64,000 bases of DNA, taken from Fonticula alba ATCC 38817. Its lineage: Eukaryota; Protista; Nucleariida. Of the stretch, positions 25,220 to 36,970 are shown in pieces. Made by a program: the position numbers and the translations under genes. The stretch lies in NCBI GenBank assembly GCA_000388065.2, contig KB932202.1; one strand, 5' to 3'. Within the stretch, counting starts at the first letter, position 1; the number at the start of each line of letters is the position of its first letter. The notes below the pieces were generated by a model. That model saw only the letters and a list, made by a program, of their open reading frames with translations. It was not told where the DNA came from and ran no database searches.

Positions 25220-26676
25220 CTTGGACAGGGATGCGAGTTTGACCGGGGTTCAGGCAGGGGGGGGGGGGGGGGGGGGGCGAGCCACCGCCGTCGCATCGAG
25301 GACGGCCAGACGGCCACCCCGCGCGACCCCAACTCCCAGGGGCGGCCGCTGGCCCGGCCGCTCCTGCGCGTCGGTGTGCATGTGTCCCCACATGCGTGTG
25401 TGGGTGTGTGTCCATGCATCCGGCCTGGGCGATCTTCTGCCACCTGCCGGAATGGTGGGCGGAAAATGGAAGCCCCTTCAGACTGGCAGGGGGACCGGCA
25501 CACCGTCGAGAGGGGCGGGGAGGGGGGCAGGTCAAGATGCCGGGCCCTGCCCGGGTCCGGCGGCCGAGCCGGGTTGGGCCCTGTTCCCGGCCCGGGCCGG
25601 GCCATGCTGAGAAGCCGGCCCCGGGCAGGGCGCGCGCCTGGTCTACTTTCGCACATGCACTTTTCGGCCCATGGCCGGGGCCAAGCCGCCGGGCGAGAGC
25701 CAGGGCCTTGCGCCTGACACCCGCGCTTCGCCGGCGGCGCCCCCCCCCCCCCGGCCGAGGAATCACCTTCCTGCATTCCCAGCTGAAACAGCCCGCCGCC
25801 CCCCCGGTTGCTGCTGCTGCTGCTGCCGCTGCTGCTGCCGCTGTAGGCTCCGGTGCTGACGGGCGCGCAGCATCCTCGAGGGAGGGGGGGGGGGGAAAAA
25901 AGAAGACGCAATCCCCCATCCGCTCGGCCAGACGCAGGGTGAATGACACCCCGCCCCCGGCCCCGGGCGATGCCCCTCGGTCAATCATCCCCTCTTCGGG
26001 GGAGGGGGGGGGGGCCCGGCACCTCGGGAGGCTGGCCGCGCCTGTGCATATGTGCGAAACGTGCCAGTCCGACTGGCCTGCCGGTCCCTCCCCCTTCCGG
26101 GCCAGGGGCCGGACTCCAACCAAAAATACGCATCCTCGTCTGTAACGCGGGGCCCATCTGCCGCCGAACAAGAGCACTCATGATCACGCGCCCATGGGGG
26201 GCGACCGCGCTCCTCCCACCGTGGCATGAATGGCTGGGCCTGCCGTCCTGGCCGGTCCGTCACCCCGGGGGTGGCGGGCCGACCCGGGCCTGGTATGCGC
26301 CCCGGGCACCCGGGGGGACGGGGAGGAAGAACACCGCCCCGATCGAGAGGGGCGGGCGGGGAGCGGGGGAAGGGCGGGCACAACACAAACAGCGATGCCG
26401 GGCGGCCGGGGCCGAACCTCTCGACCATGGGCCCGGATCCACCCTCCACCGCGCGGATCCGGGCCATCTATTTTTCCCAAGTGGCCTGAATGGCCTCCGG
26501 AGGGGAGTCCCCAAGATGCGCCCTCCTCCGCCTTCTCCTCCCCCCCCCCTCCCTCCCTCCCTCCCCAGCGTCTTTTTCCATCCCGCCCTTTTGTCGCCCT
26601 CCCCTTCGCCCTCCCGCCCGAATCCCACTCGCGTTGCCTCCCTCGCCGCTGGGTCACCGAGGCCCGGGCCGACGAA

Positions 26677-28812
26677 ATGGCCGACGCACACCAGGCTCTG
26701 GCCGACGCGCTGGACCAATGCCCCGGCCTGGAGCCGAGCGTCCGCCGACACCTGCATGAGGCCTTCATCCCGGATGCTCTGCTCGGGGCCGGACTCCTGC
26801 CTCTGGTGGATCTGGCCGACCGGCTGACCACCTGCACGCTGGCGGCCGATCGCCTGGCACCGGGGCTCATCCGGCGCATGGCCCCGCCGGGATCCGCCGG
26901 GTCTCCCCCAGACAGCCCGGCCCCGCAGCAGGTCCCTCAGCCTCTCGGAGCCACGACCACCGATCATTTGGTTGCGTCGATTCTCGGCCTGCTGGCGCTG
27001 CCCATCGACCCGAGCTTGCTGCTGTTGCCGGGCTTGCCCCTGGCCGAGCATGCCCCGCCAGCCCGGGCCGGGGTCCTTGGCGGGCTCCCCCCCTGCCGGC
27101 TTCCCGCGGTCGGGGGCTTGCCATTGGATGAGCACTGTCTGGAGCTGGGCCTGTCGGCTGCCGCGTGCGAGGAGCTGGGCCTGGGGCCCGTGGCCGAGCA
27201 TGCGGCCCTGTCCCCGGCCCCCGGCGTGGCCGAAGCCACCACCACCGATCTGCTGGCCGGCCTCGGGCATCTGCTGGAGCGGATGCATCTCCTGGAATTG
27301 GTATTGCGTCGGGTGCTGGCCGAGGCCGAATGCCCTGTCCTCGGTCGCGCCCCGCGCCCCGGTCCACCCACCACCGGCTTGCAGCATGTGCGCAATGCAT
27401 ATGCATCCCTGGCCGCGGAGCGCCTTCGCGCCAATGCCAGCCCCGGGGCCCCCTCCTCCCTCCAGCTGCAAAACATCGGCGATGTGCGTCCGTGTACATG
27501 TGTCATGCCTTCGCTCGCCGTGCTGTTGTCTCCCCCTCCTTGGTGTCCCCCCCCCCCCCCCCCCCCGGTTCTCACCCTCCTGTGTGTCTTTGGCCGGCAT
27601 TCCGCCTCGCAGTTCACCCGCCTGGCACTGCACCATGCCATGGAGTCCGCGGCGAATGCCGTCTGTGGGCCGGCCTCCAGCGCTCCGGGGTCTGGCCTCA
27701 TTCATCAGGCTCGCTGCCGGGGCTACCTGCGCGTGGTGTCCGCGCACATGGTGACTGCTCCGCCGCTGGGCCGCCAGGCGCCCGACCCGCTGGCCGGGAA
27801 CATTTCCACCTCCTTTCTGCAATCCAACGCATGGCTCCAAGTGGTCGACCACTCGGATCCGGCGCTCCTCATGACCTCCTCGCTTCTGGGCGATGTCGAG
27901 GCGGCCATCGACCACTGGCTGTCCGGCGAGGTTGGCGTGCCCCAAACTTCGGCAACATCAACCAGTACGATGGGTCTCCGGGTGGGGTTTTGTTTTTTTT
28001 TCTTCCTCATCTTGCGCGGCCGCTTGCTTCCCCTCCTCGCCTCTGTCCTCTTCACAGGGAGGCGCGAGCAGGGCACTCCTCTGGCTGCGTCTCGCCCGAC
28101 GGAATGTTCACCCATCCGACTGCCGCTTGCCCATGGGGGCTCTCCCCCTCGATGCGCGGCCGCTTGCCGGCCATCCTGCTGCCCAGGCTCGAGCGCAATC
28201 ACCCTCGTGGCCGAGTCCATCGCCGATGCCTTCGATCTGGATGTCCTGTTGATTGTCCGCCCCCATTGGTCCCTGAGCAATGGGCTCCCCTGGCGGGTCC
28301 CCCTGTCGCGATCGATGCTGGCCATCGGACCGCTGTACCCCGGGCATCTGGACCGCTTTTCCTGGATGGAGCTGTCGGTGGGCGGCGAACCGACGGCCGG
28401 GCCTCGGCGCGATGTCGACGAATCCCCCATCGATGCAACTGCCTCGGACTATCTGCTGGACCTCGACCATGGTCGTGGGAGTGTGGATTTGGTGGTGAGC
28501 CTGCGCGAGCCGGTGTCCCAGATTTGGGAGGTGGCTGCCGAGCAGGGGGGCCCCTTCGCGGCCCGGGGGATCCCCTTCGGCCCGCAAACGGGCGTTTGCG
28601 CGGTCGGCCTGTGCAAGTACGTGGTCGGGTGGCGGCCCCTCGCGCCTTTGGGCCTCGCCGGCTCTGTTGCGTGCCTGGTGGGGCATTATTTTCTTCCGCC
28701 CCCCCCCCCCCCCCCCCCCCNNNNNNNNNNCTTTGCGGCCCGGCCCACGCAGCCCAGTCAACATGTCCCCCCCTCCCTGGTGGCTTGCGGGCGCACCCGT
28801 CACGGAGAATAG
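26677..28812 (+). CDS. Multi-exon protein of unknown function
   Basis: Protein-like blocks (MADAHQALADALDQCPGLE..., FTRLALHHAMESAANAV, RGYLRVVSAHMV, ITLVAESIADAFDLDVLLIVRP, DYLLDLDHGRGSVDLVVSLRE), interrupted by in-frame CT-rich introns such as the gtgcgt donor at 27484. No family recognised. Confidence 0.6.
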   Translation: MADAHQALADALDQCPGLEPSVRRHLHEAFIPDALLGAGLLPLVDLADRLTTCTLAADRLAPGLIRRMAPPGSAGSPPDSPAPQQVPQPLGATTTDHLVASILGLLALPIDPSLLLLPGLPLAEHAPPARAGVLGGLPPCRLPAVGGLPLDEHCLELGLSAAACEELGLGPVAEHAALSPAPGVAEATTTDLLAGLGHLLERMHLLELVLRRVLAEAECPVLGRAPRPGPPTTGLQHVRNAYASLAAERLRANASPGAPSSLQLQNIGDVRPCTCVMPSLAVLLSPPPWCPPPPPPPVLTLLCVFGRHSASQFTRLALHHAMESAANAVCGPASSAPGSGLIHQARCRGYLRVVSAHMVTAPPLGRQAPDPLAGNISTSFLQSNAWLQVVDHSDPALLMTSSLLGDVEAAIDHWLSGEVGVPQTSATSTSTMGLRVGFCFFFFLILRGRLLPLLASVLFTGRREQGTPLAASRPTECSPIRLPLAHGGSPPRCAAACRPSCCPGSSAITLVAESIADAFDLDVLLIVRPHWSLSNGLPWRVPLSRSMLAIGPLYPGHLDRFSWMELSVGGEPTAGPRRDVDESPIDATASDYLLDLDHGRGSVDLVVSLREPVSQIWEVAAEQGGPFAARGIPFGPQTGVCAVGLCKYVVGWRPLAPLGLAGSVACLVGHYFLPPPPPPPPXXXXFAARPTQPSQHVPPSLVACGRTRHGE

Positions 28813-29023
28813 CCGGCTGAGTGCCGGACACACACTTACGATCTTGCCCCGAGGCGTGCGTCTACCCGCCCCCGCCACACCCTGTTGCACTCGCGCCACA
28901 CCGCACACACCACCACCACCACAACCGGGACCGCGTCCTGTGCCCCCCCCCGCCCCAGCTAACCGAGACCTGGGCGGGGGGGGAAGGGGGACCAGCCTGC
29001 GGACAAACCACATCCCCGCGATA

Positions 29024-29650
29024 TCAGACGGCAGGAACATGTGACACAAAACCCTGGGGCCCGGGAAACCCCGGCACATCGGCGATCGGCGAGTTATGAT
29101 ATTCTTGCGGAATGGCGTTCTCCGGGCTCACATGCCTACTTGGACTGGTCACGAGCCGCAGAGGCGCCCGCCGCCGAAGACACATTCCACTCCTGGAGCC
29201 GGGACTCCAGCCGGCGGAGGTGGGCATTCGGCGCACGGAAGAGGGCCTCGATGCCGCCCCGTGCCGCGATCCACTCGGCGATGGGACTCGAAGTGACGGA
29301 AGTGGCCGTGGTGCTGGCCAGGACAGAGCCCATGTCGGAGGCCGCCTCGAGGGCGGAAATGGCGGCCGAGGCATCAACGGCGGCGGTGTCGACGGCCGGG
29401 TCTTCGGCCGCCAGCCCGGCCCCGAGATCCATCTGCAGGGGGCTCCCATGGGCCGGGCCCGCCTCCGCCTCCTTTGAGGGGTGCTCCTCAACAAGGGCGG
29501 CCGGCGCCTCGAGCAGGGCCCGCATGCTGCGCGCGGTGTCTCGAGAGGAGGCGGTCAGCGCGCGCGCGGTCCAGATCGTTGTCCCGGGCATGAGGAGGAA
29601 GAAAACCGAGTACGGAATGACAATGCGGCTGACATTGTACATGAAGGAGG
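29024..29650 (-). CDS. 3' exon(s) of a probable membrane protein; 5' part lost in the 700-N gap
   Basis: A cag acceptor at 29651, then the hydrophobic stretch FMYNVSRIVIPYSVFFLLMPGTTIW and an Ala/acidic tail. The end point is uncertain (29136 or 29024). Confidence 0.4.
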
Positions 29651-30918
29651 CTGGAGCCCGGCCGGACCGGGGGGAAATGCACCGGGCGGCACAGGCACAC
29701 GGGGCGGCAGTGGAGACACGGAGGTCAGCGCGAAGGGCAGACGGAAAGGCGGAGGGAGGGACCGNNNNNNNNNNNNNNNNNNNNNNNNNNNNNNNNNNNN
29801 NNNNNNNNNNNNNNNNNNNNNNNNNNNNNNNNNNNNNNNNNNNNNNNNNNNNNNNNNNNNNNNNNNNNNNNNNNNNNNNNNNNNNNNNNNNNNNNNNNNN
29901 NNNNNNNNNNNNNNNNNNNNNNNNNNNNNNNNNNNNNNNNNNNNNNNNNNNNNNNNNNNNNNNNNNNNNNNNNNNNNNNNNNNNNNNNNNNNNNNNNNNN
30001 NNNNNNNNNNNNNNNNNNNNNNNNNNNNNNNNNNNNNNNNNNNNNNNNNNNNNNNNNNNNNNNNNNNNNNNNNNNNNNNNNNNNNNNNNNNNNNNNNNNN
30101 NNNNNNNNNNNNNNNNNNNNNNNNNNNNNNNNNNNNNNNNNNNNNNNNNNNNNNNNNNNNNNNNNNNNNNNNNNNNNNNNNNNNNNNNNNNNNNNNNNNN
30201 NNNNNNNNNNNNNNNNNNNNNNNNNNNNNNNNNNNNNNNNNNNNNNNNNNNNNNNNNNNNNNNNNNNNNNNNNNNNNNNNNNNNNNNNNNNNNNNNNNNN
30301 NNNNNNNNNNNNNNNNNNNNNNNNNNNNNNNNNNNNNNNNNNNNNNNNNNNNNNNNNNNNNNNNNNNNNNNNNNNNNNNNNNNNNNNNNNNNNNNNNNNN
30401 NNNNNNNNNNNNNNNNNNNNNNNNNNNNNNNNNNNNNNNNNNNNNNNNNNNNNNNNNNNNNNNNCGGCTCAGGTCCGCAGGCCCCGGGGCCGGGGGCGGG
30501 ATTCCCCACGATGGAGCTCGCTTGACTGACCCCCGGGCGATGTAATACCTGTTTGCCTGTCTGCTCTACCCCCCCCCCCCCCCCCCCCCGCCTCTCCCCC
30601 CCCCCCCCCCCCGCCCCGGTGAGAGGATGCCTATGCATGCACGCTGGGCACTCCCCCCCCCCCCCCTGCCCCCCCCCCCCCCCCACGGGCCGCTGGCGGG
30701 ACCGGGGGATGCGACACAGATCGCCCGACCCCCCCCCCACAAGGCACCCCTCCCACGCGAGGAGGGGACGGAGGGAGTCTCACGCAAAAGAACCCAGACT
30801 GAGGCGTGTGCTGCGCACGGTCGCCGGCACACTGTCCTCCCTTCCCCCCTGGCCCACCTCGCATTCCGTCTCTTCCCCCCCCCCCCTGCCTCCCCGCTCC
30901 CTCATCCCCGTGAGCCAC

Positions 30919-33900
30919 ATGTCTCCCTCCGCTGTGGCATCTCCCGACCGGGTGACGGTCTCCCGCCTGCGCCCGGATGGCCCGGTCCTTTGCATGGCCA
31001 ATCCCTGGGACCAAGCGGCCATTGGATCCCTCCTTCGGGTGTCCTTCGCGCTGGATGTGGACCTCCGGCCGCTGCACGGGGCCCCGGGGCACCTGCTGGA
31101 CGACCACTCGCTGGCTCGGAGCGTGGATTACTCCGCGGCGTCGGAGCAAGTGCGCGCGCACCTGCGCACCGAGTCTTTCGGGTATGCACTCCCGGCCCCG
31201 GGACCGAGCGATATCCCCCCGTGCCTCTTCCCCCGGGCTCCTAACCCCTGCTCTCTCTCTCTCTCTCCCCCTCCCTCTGATAGATCGCCGATTGAGCTGG
31301 CCATTGGCGTGGCGGAGCTCCTACTTGGAGCCCATGGGCGCATTGTCGGGGGGCCTGCTTCGCGTGCGGAAGTCACGCTGCATGTCGAGCGTCCGTTCCT
31401 CCTGGCCGATATGCTGGAAGTCCGCTGTGTGATGGCCCTCCCTGCGGATGGTGGCCCGGCGGTCGTGCAGTTCGTTTCCTCCCTCCCTCCCTCCCTCCCT
31501 TCCTCCCTCCCTCCTCGTCCAGCTGGCATGCACGCGCACCTGAATGCGCACATGCACGCCCTTTCCCGGCCCGGGGACCCCACGGACTAACACCCCTTCA
31601 TTGCCTGTCTCCCCTTTGGCCGAAAAGGTCCCTTTCGGCTCGGGTGTGCGACGTGCGCGTGGCGGCTGTGATCGGCCTCCGCGAGTATGAGCGCCATGCG
31701 CCCCAGCCGATCCTGCTCAGCTTTGACCTGCACCTGGCCCCGGTGGCTGGGGGGTCGGCGTGCGGCGGGGCCTCGGCCGATGTTTCGCGGCTGGGGGATC
31801 TCTGTGCCGCGGCGGTGGCCACCATGGCTGCCAGCTCCTTCGGCACGCTGGAGGCCCTGGTCACCGTGGTCATCGGGCAGCTGGAGGAGCGCATCCGGGC
31901 CACCTCTGGCCGGGTGTCCCTCGGCCAGTCGGCTCCCCTGCAGGCCGAGACCCTGACCGTGGACATTGGCAAGCCCATCGCCCTGCCGGCGGCTGATTGC
32001 GCAGCCGTGTCGGCCACTCGACGCCTGGACCGTCCGGCGCGCTCTCTGGGCGCCGCGCTTTCCGACGCCAGCCCGGCTCCTTCCGAGGAGGTGGTCTGCT
32101 TTTTGGACGTGTGCTCTTCCGATCTCCCATCGCCCTGCCGGCGGCTGATTGCGCAGCCGTGTCGGCCACTCGACGCCTGGACCGTCCGGCGCGCTCTCTG
32201 GGCGCCGCGCTTTCCGACGCCAGCCCGGCTCCTTCCGAGGAGGTGGTCTGCTTTTTGGCCATCGGTGGGAATATCGGCGACCGGTCGCAATTTCTCTTCG
32301 AGGTGCGCACACGCCCGCACGGCCGCCTGGCACTTGCTCCCCAATGCGCGCCTCTCATGGCCCCTGGTATGGGCCCCTTCCACTCCCTGAGGGAGGTCCG
32401 GCTGACCATGCGGCTCCTGGTGGCGCCCCGGCGGCATCCCTTTCCATCGGATCACCATGCAGGCCGTGCGTGCCCTGCGGCGCATCGATGGTGTTCGCCT
32501 GCTGGACACCTCCTTCTTGTATGAGACGAGATCGGAAGAGCGTCGTGGGCCCCTGGTATGGGCCCCTTCCACTCCCTGAGGGAGGTCCGGCTGACCATGC
32601 GGCTCCTGGTGGCGCCCCGGCGGCATCCCTTTCCATCGGATCACCATGCAGGCCGTGCGTGCCCTGCGGCGCATCGATGGTGTTCGCCTGCTGGACACCT
32701 CCTTCTTGTATGAGACGCCCCCGGCCTATGTGACCGATCAGCCGGCCTTCCTGAATGCCGCTCTCAAGGTTCGCGCTCGTGCACACGCACACACACACAC
32801 ACACAAACACAAACACAAGCACGCGCGCGCATACATTCATGCATAGATCGCTCCTCATCGGCCAACACCCGACGCCCAATGACACCCGGGCTCGGAAAAG
32901 AGGCACTTCCCCCTGTCACTGACATGGCCATGCCCCTCCCTCTCCCCCTCTCCCTCTTTCTCTCCCTCTTTCTCTCCCTCTCCCTCTCCCTCTCTCTCTA
33001 CCCTCCGCGCGCCCGACATAGATCGCCACAACTCTCACGCCGCGGGCGCTGCTACGCGCTTGCAAGGCCATCGAGGTGGCCCTCGGCCGGCCGGCTCCCT
33101 GCGGCAGCATTGTGGCCGCCGAGTCGCCGGTGGAAATTGACGTGGCCATCGACCGGGGCGCCCTTGATGGCTTGGTGTATGTCCGGAATGGCCCACGCCC
33201 GATCGATCTGGACATCCTCTTTTACGGCGACGCCACGGTCCGCCTGGAAGCCGAGGCCCTTTCCAAGGGAGCACCCCCCGGACCGGCGGCCGATGATGCC
33301 CTTGCCCGGGCGTCGGCCCTCGGCGGAGGGTTCCTCACCATTCCACACGCTGGCATTCCGGAGCGCGAGTTTGTTCTCCGGCCTCTGATGGAGTGCGTGC
33401 TCCGTCCTTGTTTGTTGGGGGTCTTTTTCTCCTCCGACGCCTGCCTCCGCGATGAGCGACGGCAGCTCTTCCACGCCGGGCCCTCTTCTCACCATCGCAT
33501 GCCACCCTGGACCGTAGCATCGCCCCGGATTTCGTGCACCCAGTCAATGGCCTAACGGTGGCCGAAATGCTGGCCCAGCTGCCTGCTCGGTGCGTGGCTG
33601 GCTTTGTCCTCTGCTCGTCCACCCACCGATCTTCAATTTGCCGCATGCTCATCTGCACCAACTAACACCTCCCGCTGACACGCTGGTGGGCATGCTGTGT
33701 GCGGGCTGCTGCCGGGCCTTTTCCCCCTTCCTCCTTCCAGTGACTTCCCACCGCGGGTGTACAGCTTTGGCCGTGGAGGCCAGCTGGTGCCGCATGGCGC
33801 CCACACCTTGACCGTGGGCATCCTCAACTTGACACCCGACTCCTTTAGCACGGCGCCCGGTGAGCATCTTGTGGCATCTGCCGGCACTGGCCTGGACCTC

Positions 33901-35427
33901 GATCGGGTCGAGGGGCTGGCCCGCAGCATGCTCGACCAGGGGTACGTCCCTTCCTCTTCAGGCCATTTCGCCGAGTGGGCTCTCCTCCATCGGCCTCTGC
34001 CTGCTGTCTAGCTACGCCTGCCCCCCTCTCCTCCTCGCCACTTTGATCTCTCGCTCTCTCTCGCTCTTTTTTTTTCTCTCTCTCTCTCTCTCGCTCTTTT
34101 TTCCCGCTCTTCTCTCTCGCTCTTTTCTCCCGCTCTTCTCTCTCCCTCTCTTTTCCACGGGCTTTTCTTGCTCTTTGCCAGTAGGCCGGTCTCACTGACT
34201 CACCCGATGCGACTCCCAGTGCTCACATCCTGGACCTTGGGTCTCAGTCTACTCGGCCGGGGGCTGTGGAGATTCCCGCCGACGTGGAGGCCGAGCGCTT
34301 GCTGTCGTCGTGCGTGCGCCTGCGCCAGGCCGGCATCCGGGCCCCCCTGTCGCTGGACACCTACCGGCCGGCGGTGGCCGAGCGCGTGGTCCGCGGTGTT
34401 TGGGCCTTCGAGAGGGAGGCCTTCGATGCCGGTGGCATCCTGATCAACGATGTGTCCGGTGGCGCCGGTGGGCTGGCCTTGCCAGGCGAGGAGGCCGCCC
34501 CCCGCGACCCCGGCGGCATGTTGCGTTTGTGCGCCAATCTCAACATTCCGATCGTGCTGATGCACGTTCGTGGCGACACCGCCACCATGACCAGCGCCGA
34601 GATGAAGGACTACTCGGCCCAGGGCGGCGTGGTTCGCGGGGTGGCGTGCGTGCCGTCTCTTGCCTCTCGCTGCCTGCTCTCCTCCTTTCGCTCTTTCTTT
34701 CCCTTTTCCCCAGCTCCCCGCCATGTGCCCCTGCTGACATGTGCCAGGGGGACGGGAACCCCAGCTCCGAGCTGGCGAGTCGCGTCCGTGCAGCCATCGA
34801 GGCCGGTGTTCCCCGGTGGAATATCCTGGTGGATCCGGGCCTTGGCTTTGCCAAAACTCCGGCCGACTCCCTCCGTCTGATTCGCCAGGTGGCCGACCTC
34901 CCTGCCGGCTTGGAGCATGGTACGTCCTCGACCATGGCCGGACCACAGGCCGAAACCCCCTGCCGAGAACGGGGGCTGTTTGTGTGTGTGTGGGGGGGGG
35001 GGGTGTCATTCCCTGTCACATGCCTCTGCCGTTCCACTTAGCCTGACTCTTTTCCCGTGCCCCAGACCTCCGAGGGATGCCGGTTTTCGCCGGCCCCTCG
35101 CGCAAGGGCTTCCTTGCGTCGGTTGTCCCGCGCGAGCCACATGTACGCGGCCCCCTCCCGCTTGCTCCCCTTCTCCCCTTGCCGTCAGCCTGAAGACCTG
35201 CTAATCCCCCATCGCTGCCATTTTCCACCCTCACACAGGAGCGTGTCTTGCTCACTGCCGCCGCCTGCTCGTCTCTGGTGGGTGCACTGCTGGGCCGGTT
35301 TGCGGCCGATCGTGCTGGCGACGCGCGCTACGACGCCGACCGGCCGCTGCTGCTCCGCGTGCACGACGTGGCCGAGTGCGCCGAAGCCACCCGGCTGTCT
35401 GATGCGATCTGGAGGAGTGCGAATTGA
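30919..35427 (+). CDS. FOL1: Multifunctional folate synthesis protein DHNA-DHNA-HPPK-DHPS (multi-exon, interrupted by two adapter-linked duplications)
   Basis: DHNA: RSVDYS, VIGLREYERHAPQPILL, TLEAL, GKPIALP. HPPK: LAIGGNIGDR, LYETPPAYVTDQPAFLNAA, GPRPIDLDILFYGD, IPH..IPEREFVLRPL. DHPS: GILNLTPDSFS, LDLGSQSTRPG, INDVSGG, LMHVRGD, ILVDPGLGFAKT, GPSRKGFL, RVHDV. Confidence 0.93.
31974..32258. repeat. 133-bp direct duplication (31974-32106 and 32126-32258) flanking an Illumina adapter; assembly artefact
   Basis: The two copies appear identical and are separated by the adapter sequence. Confidence 0.92.
32106..32125. other. Illumina TruSeq adapter fragment GACGTGTGCTCTTCCGATCT
   Basis: 20-nt match to the 3' end of the TruSeq Read 2 primer/adapter sequence. 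Confidence 0.95.
32359..32717. repeat. 170-bp direct duplication (32359-32528 and 32548-32717) flanking an Illumina adapter; assembly artefact
   Basis: The two copies appear identical and are separated by the adapter sequence. Confidence 0.92.
32529..32547. other. Illumina TruSeq adapter fragment AGATCGGAAGAGCGTCGTG
   Basis: 19-nt match to the standard read-through adapter. Confidence 0.95.
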
Positions 35428-35613
35428 TGTGGGCATCACGTGCCGCGCATATCCCATGACCCCACGGGGGTAGAGCAGCGCGCGCGGCCAGCAGCTGGCC
35501 GGGTCCTGCGAGTCGACCCAGGCGGCGGTGGGACCCCCGTCTGCGCCTGCGGGGGGCAGGTTGGTGCATGCGGGCACCCACGCCTGCACCCCTCTCTCGG
35601 GGCTGTGCTCCAG

Positions 35614-35615
<2 letters not shown>

Positions 35616-35688
<73 letters not shown>

Positions 35689-35820
35689 ACCACCCCCCCC
35701 CCCCCCCCCCCCCACCAACCCCACCCCCCCCCACACACACCCCACCCCCAGCACACACACCCCACAACAACGACCCACACCCCCCCCCACCCCCCCCCCC
35801 CCCCCCCCCTCCAGCTCCAC

Positions 35821-35862
<42 letters not shown>
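35616..35862. repeat. Interrupted poly-C tract between FOL1 and ADK
   Basis: Directly visible. Low-complexity and possibly artefactual. Confidence 0.8.
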
Positions 35863-35863
<1 letters not shown>

Positions 35864-36417
35864 ACCACGCGTGTAGACGCATGGGAAGGGCAAAAGGGTT
35901 TGGCTGTCGGCGGGGGCGCCGGTGCATTTATTGCCCGGGCCCCGCCGAATGGGCCAGCTGCTTTTCGTGGCCAGGCCCGGGGGCGCGGCGGGGCACAATC
36001 GATCATGCTTGGCGTCCAAACATGGGAAATGCAATTTCATGTCCCCCCCGCGGGGGGGGGGGGGGGGGGGGGGCGGCGGCAGCGAGGGCGAGGGTAGCGC
36101 CGGGGCCCCCGGGCGTGCCAAGTCTCTGGTGAGACGCACTTTGCGGGCCGCGAGGGAAGGCGTGCTTGTGGGCATGCGCACGGCCACCGCCGCATGACAA
36201 CAGCAGATCCGCCCGTCAACATGTTGGTACAAAGCAATCCGGCCAGCGGGCATACGGCTCCAGGGTGTGGCCTCCTTGCCGCACACCCACCCACCCACAC
36301 ACGCGCCTGCTTTGTCGCCGTTTGCTGCATCCCCCTCCCCCCCCCCCCCCCCCCCCCCCCACCCCCCACCCCCCTCTCACCCCCCCCCCCCTACCCACCT
36401 CCCCACCCCCACCCCCC

Positions 36418-36887
36418 GTCATTGTCGACGAGGCCTTCCTCGCCAAGTATGACCTGAAGTCCAACGATGCCATCCTCGCCGAGGAGAAGCACATGCCGAT
36501 GTTCGTTCCCCCCACCCCCCTGCCCTTCCGCCTTGCCTCCCTCCCGCCTGCCTGCCTGCTGACTCCCTCTCCTCGCCGGTGTAGCTACGAGGAGGTCGCC
36601 AAGATGCCCGACATGTTCCACATCGCTGGCGGTGCCACCCAGAACTCCATCCGTGTGGCCCAGTGGATGCTCCCGGACAACCCCGACAGCACCGCCTTCT
36701 TCGGTGGTGTCGGTAACGACACCCAGGGTGAGACCCTCCGTCGCGTGGCCACCTCCGACGGTGTCCTCACTCGCTACCAGGTCATCGAGGACGGCACCCC
36801 CACCGGCACCTGCGCCGTCCTGATCAACGGCCTCAACCGGTTCGTCATCACCCCGGGGCTCTGTCCCCATGCATTTCTCCCTCCCCC

Positions 36888-36970
<83 letters not shown>

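Noticed and set aside
31974-32717. Repeat-spacer-repeat structures resembling a CRISPR or novel insertion system
   Set aside because: The spacers are Illumina TruSeq adapter fragments and the repeats are local FOL1 sequence, so this is a library artefact.
35436-36132. Poly-Pro and poly-Gly ORFs resembling formin, extensin or Gly-rich proteins
   Set aside because: They are translations of C/G homopolymer tracts in introns, intergenic DNA or gap edges. The same applies at 2063-2656, 36632-37220 and 56869-58380.
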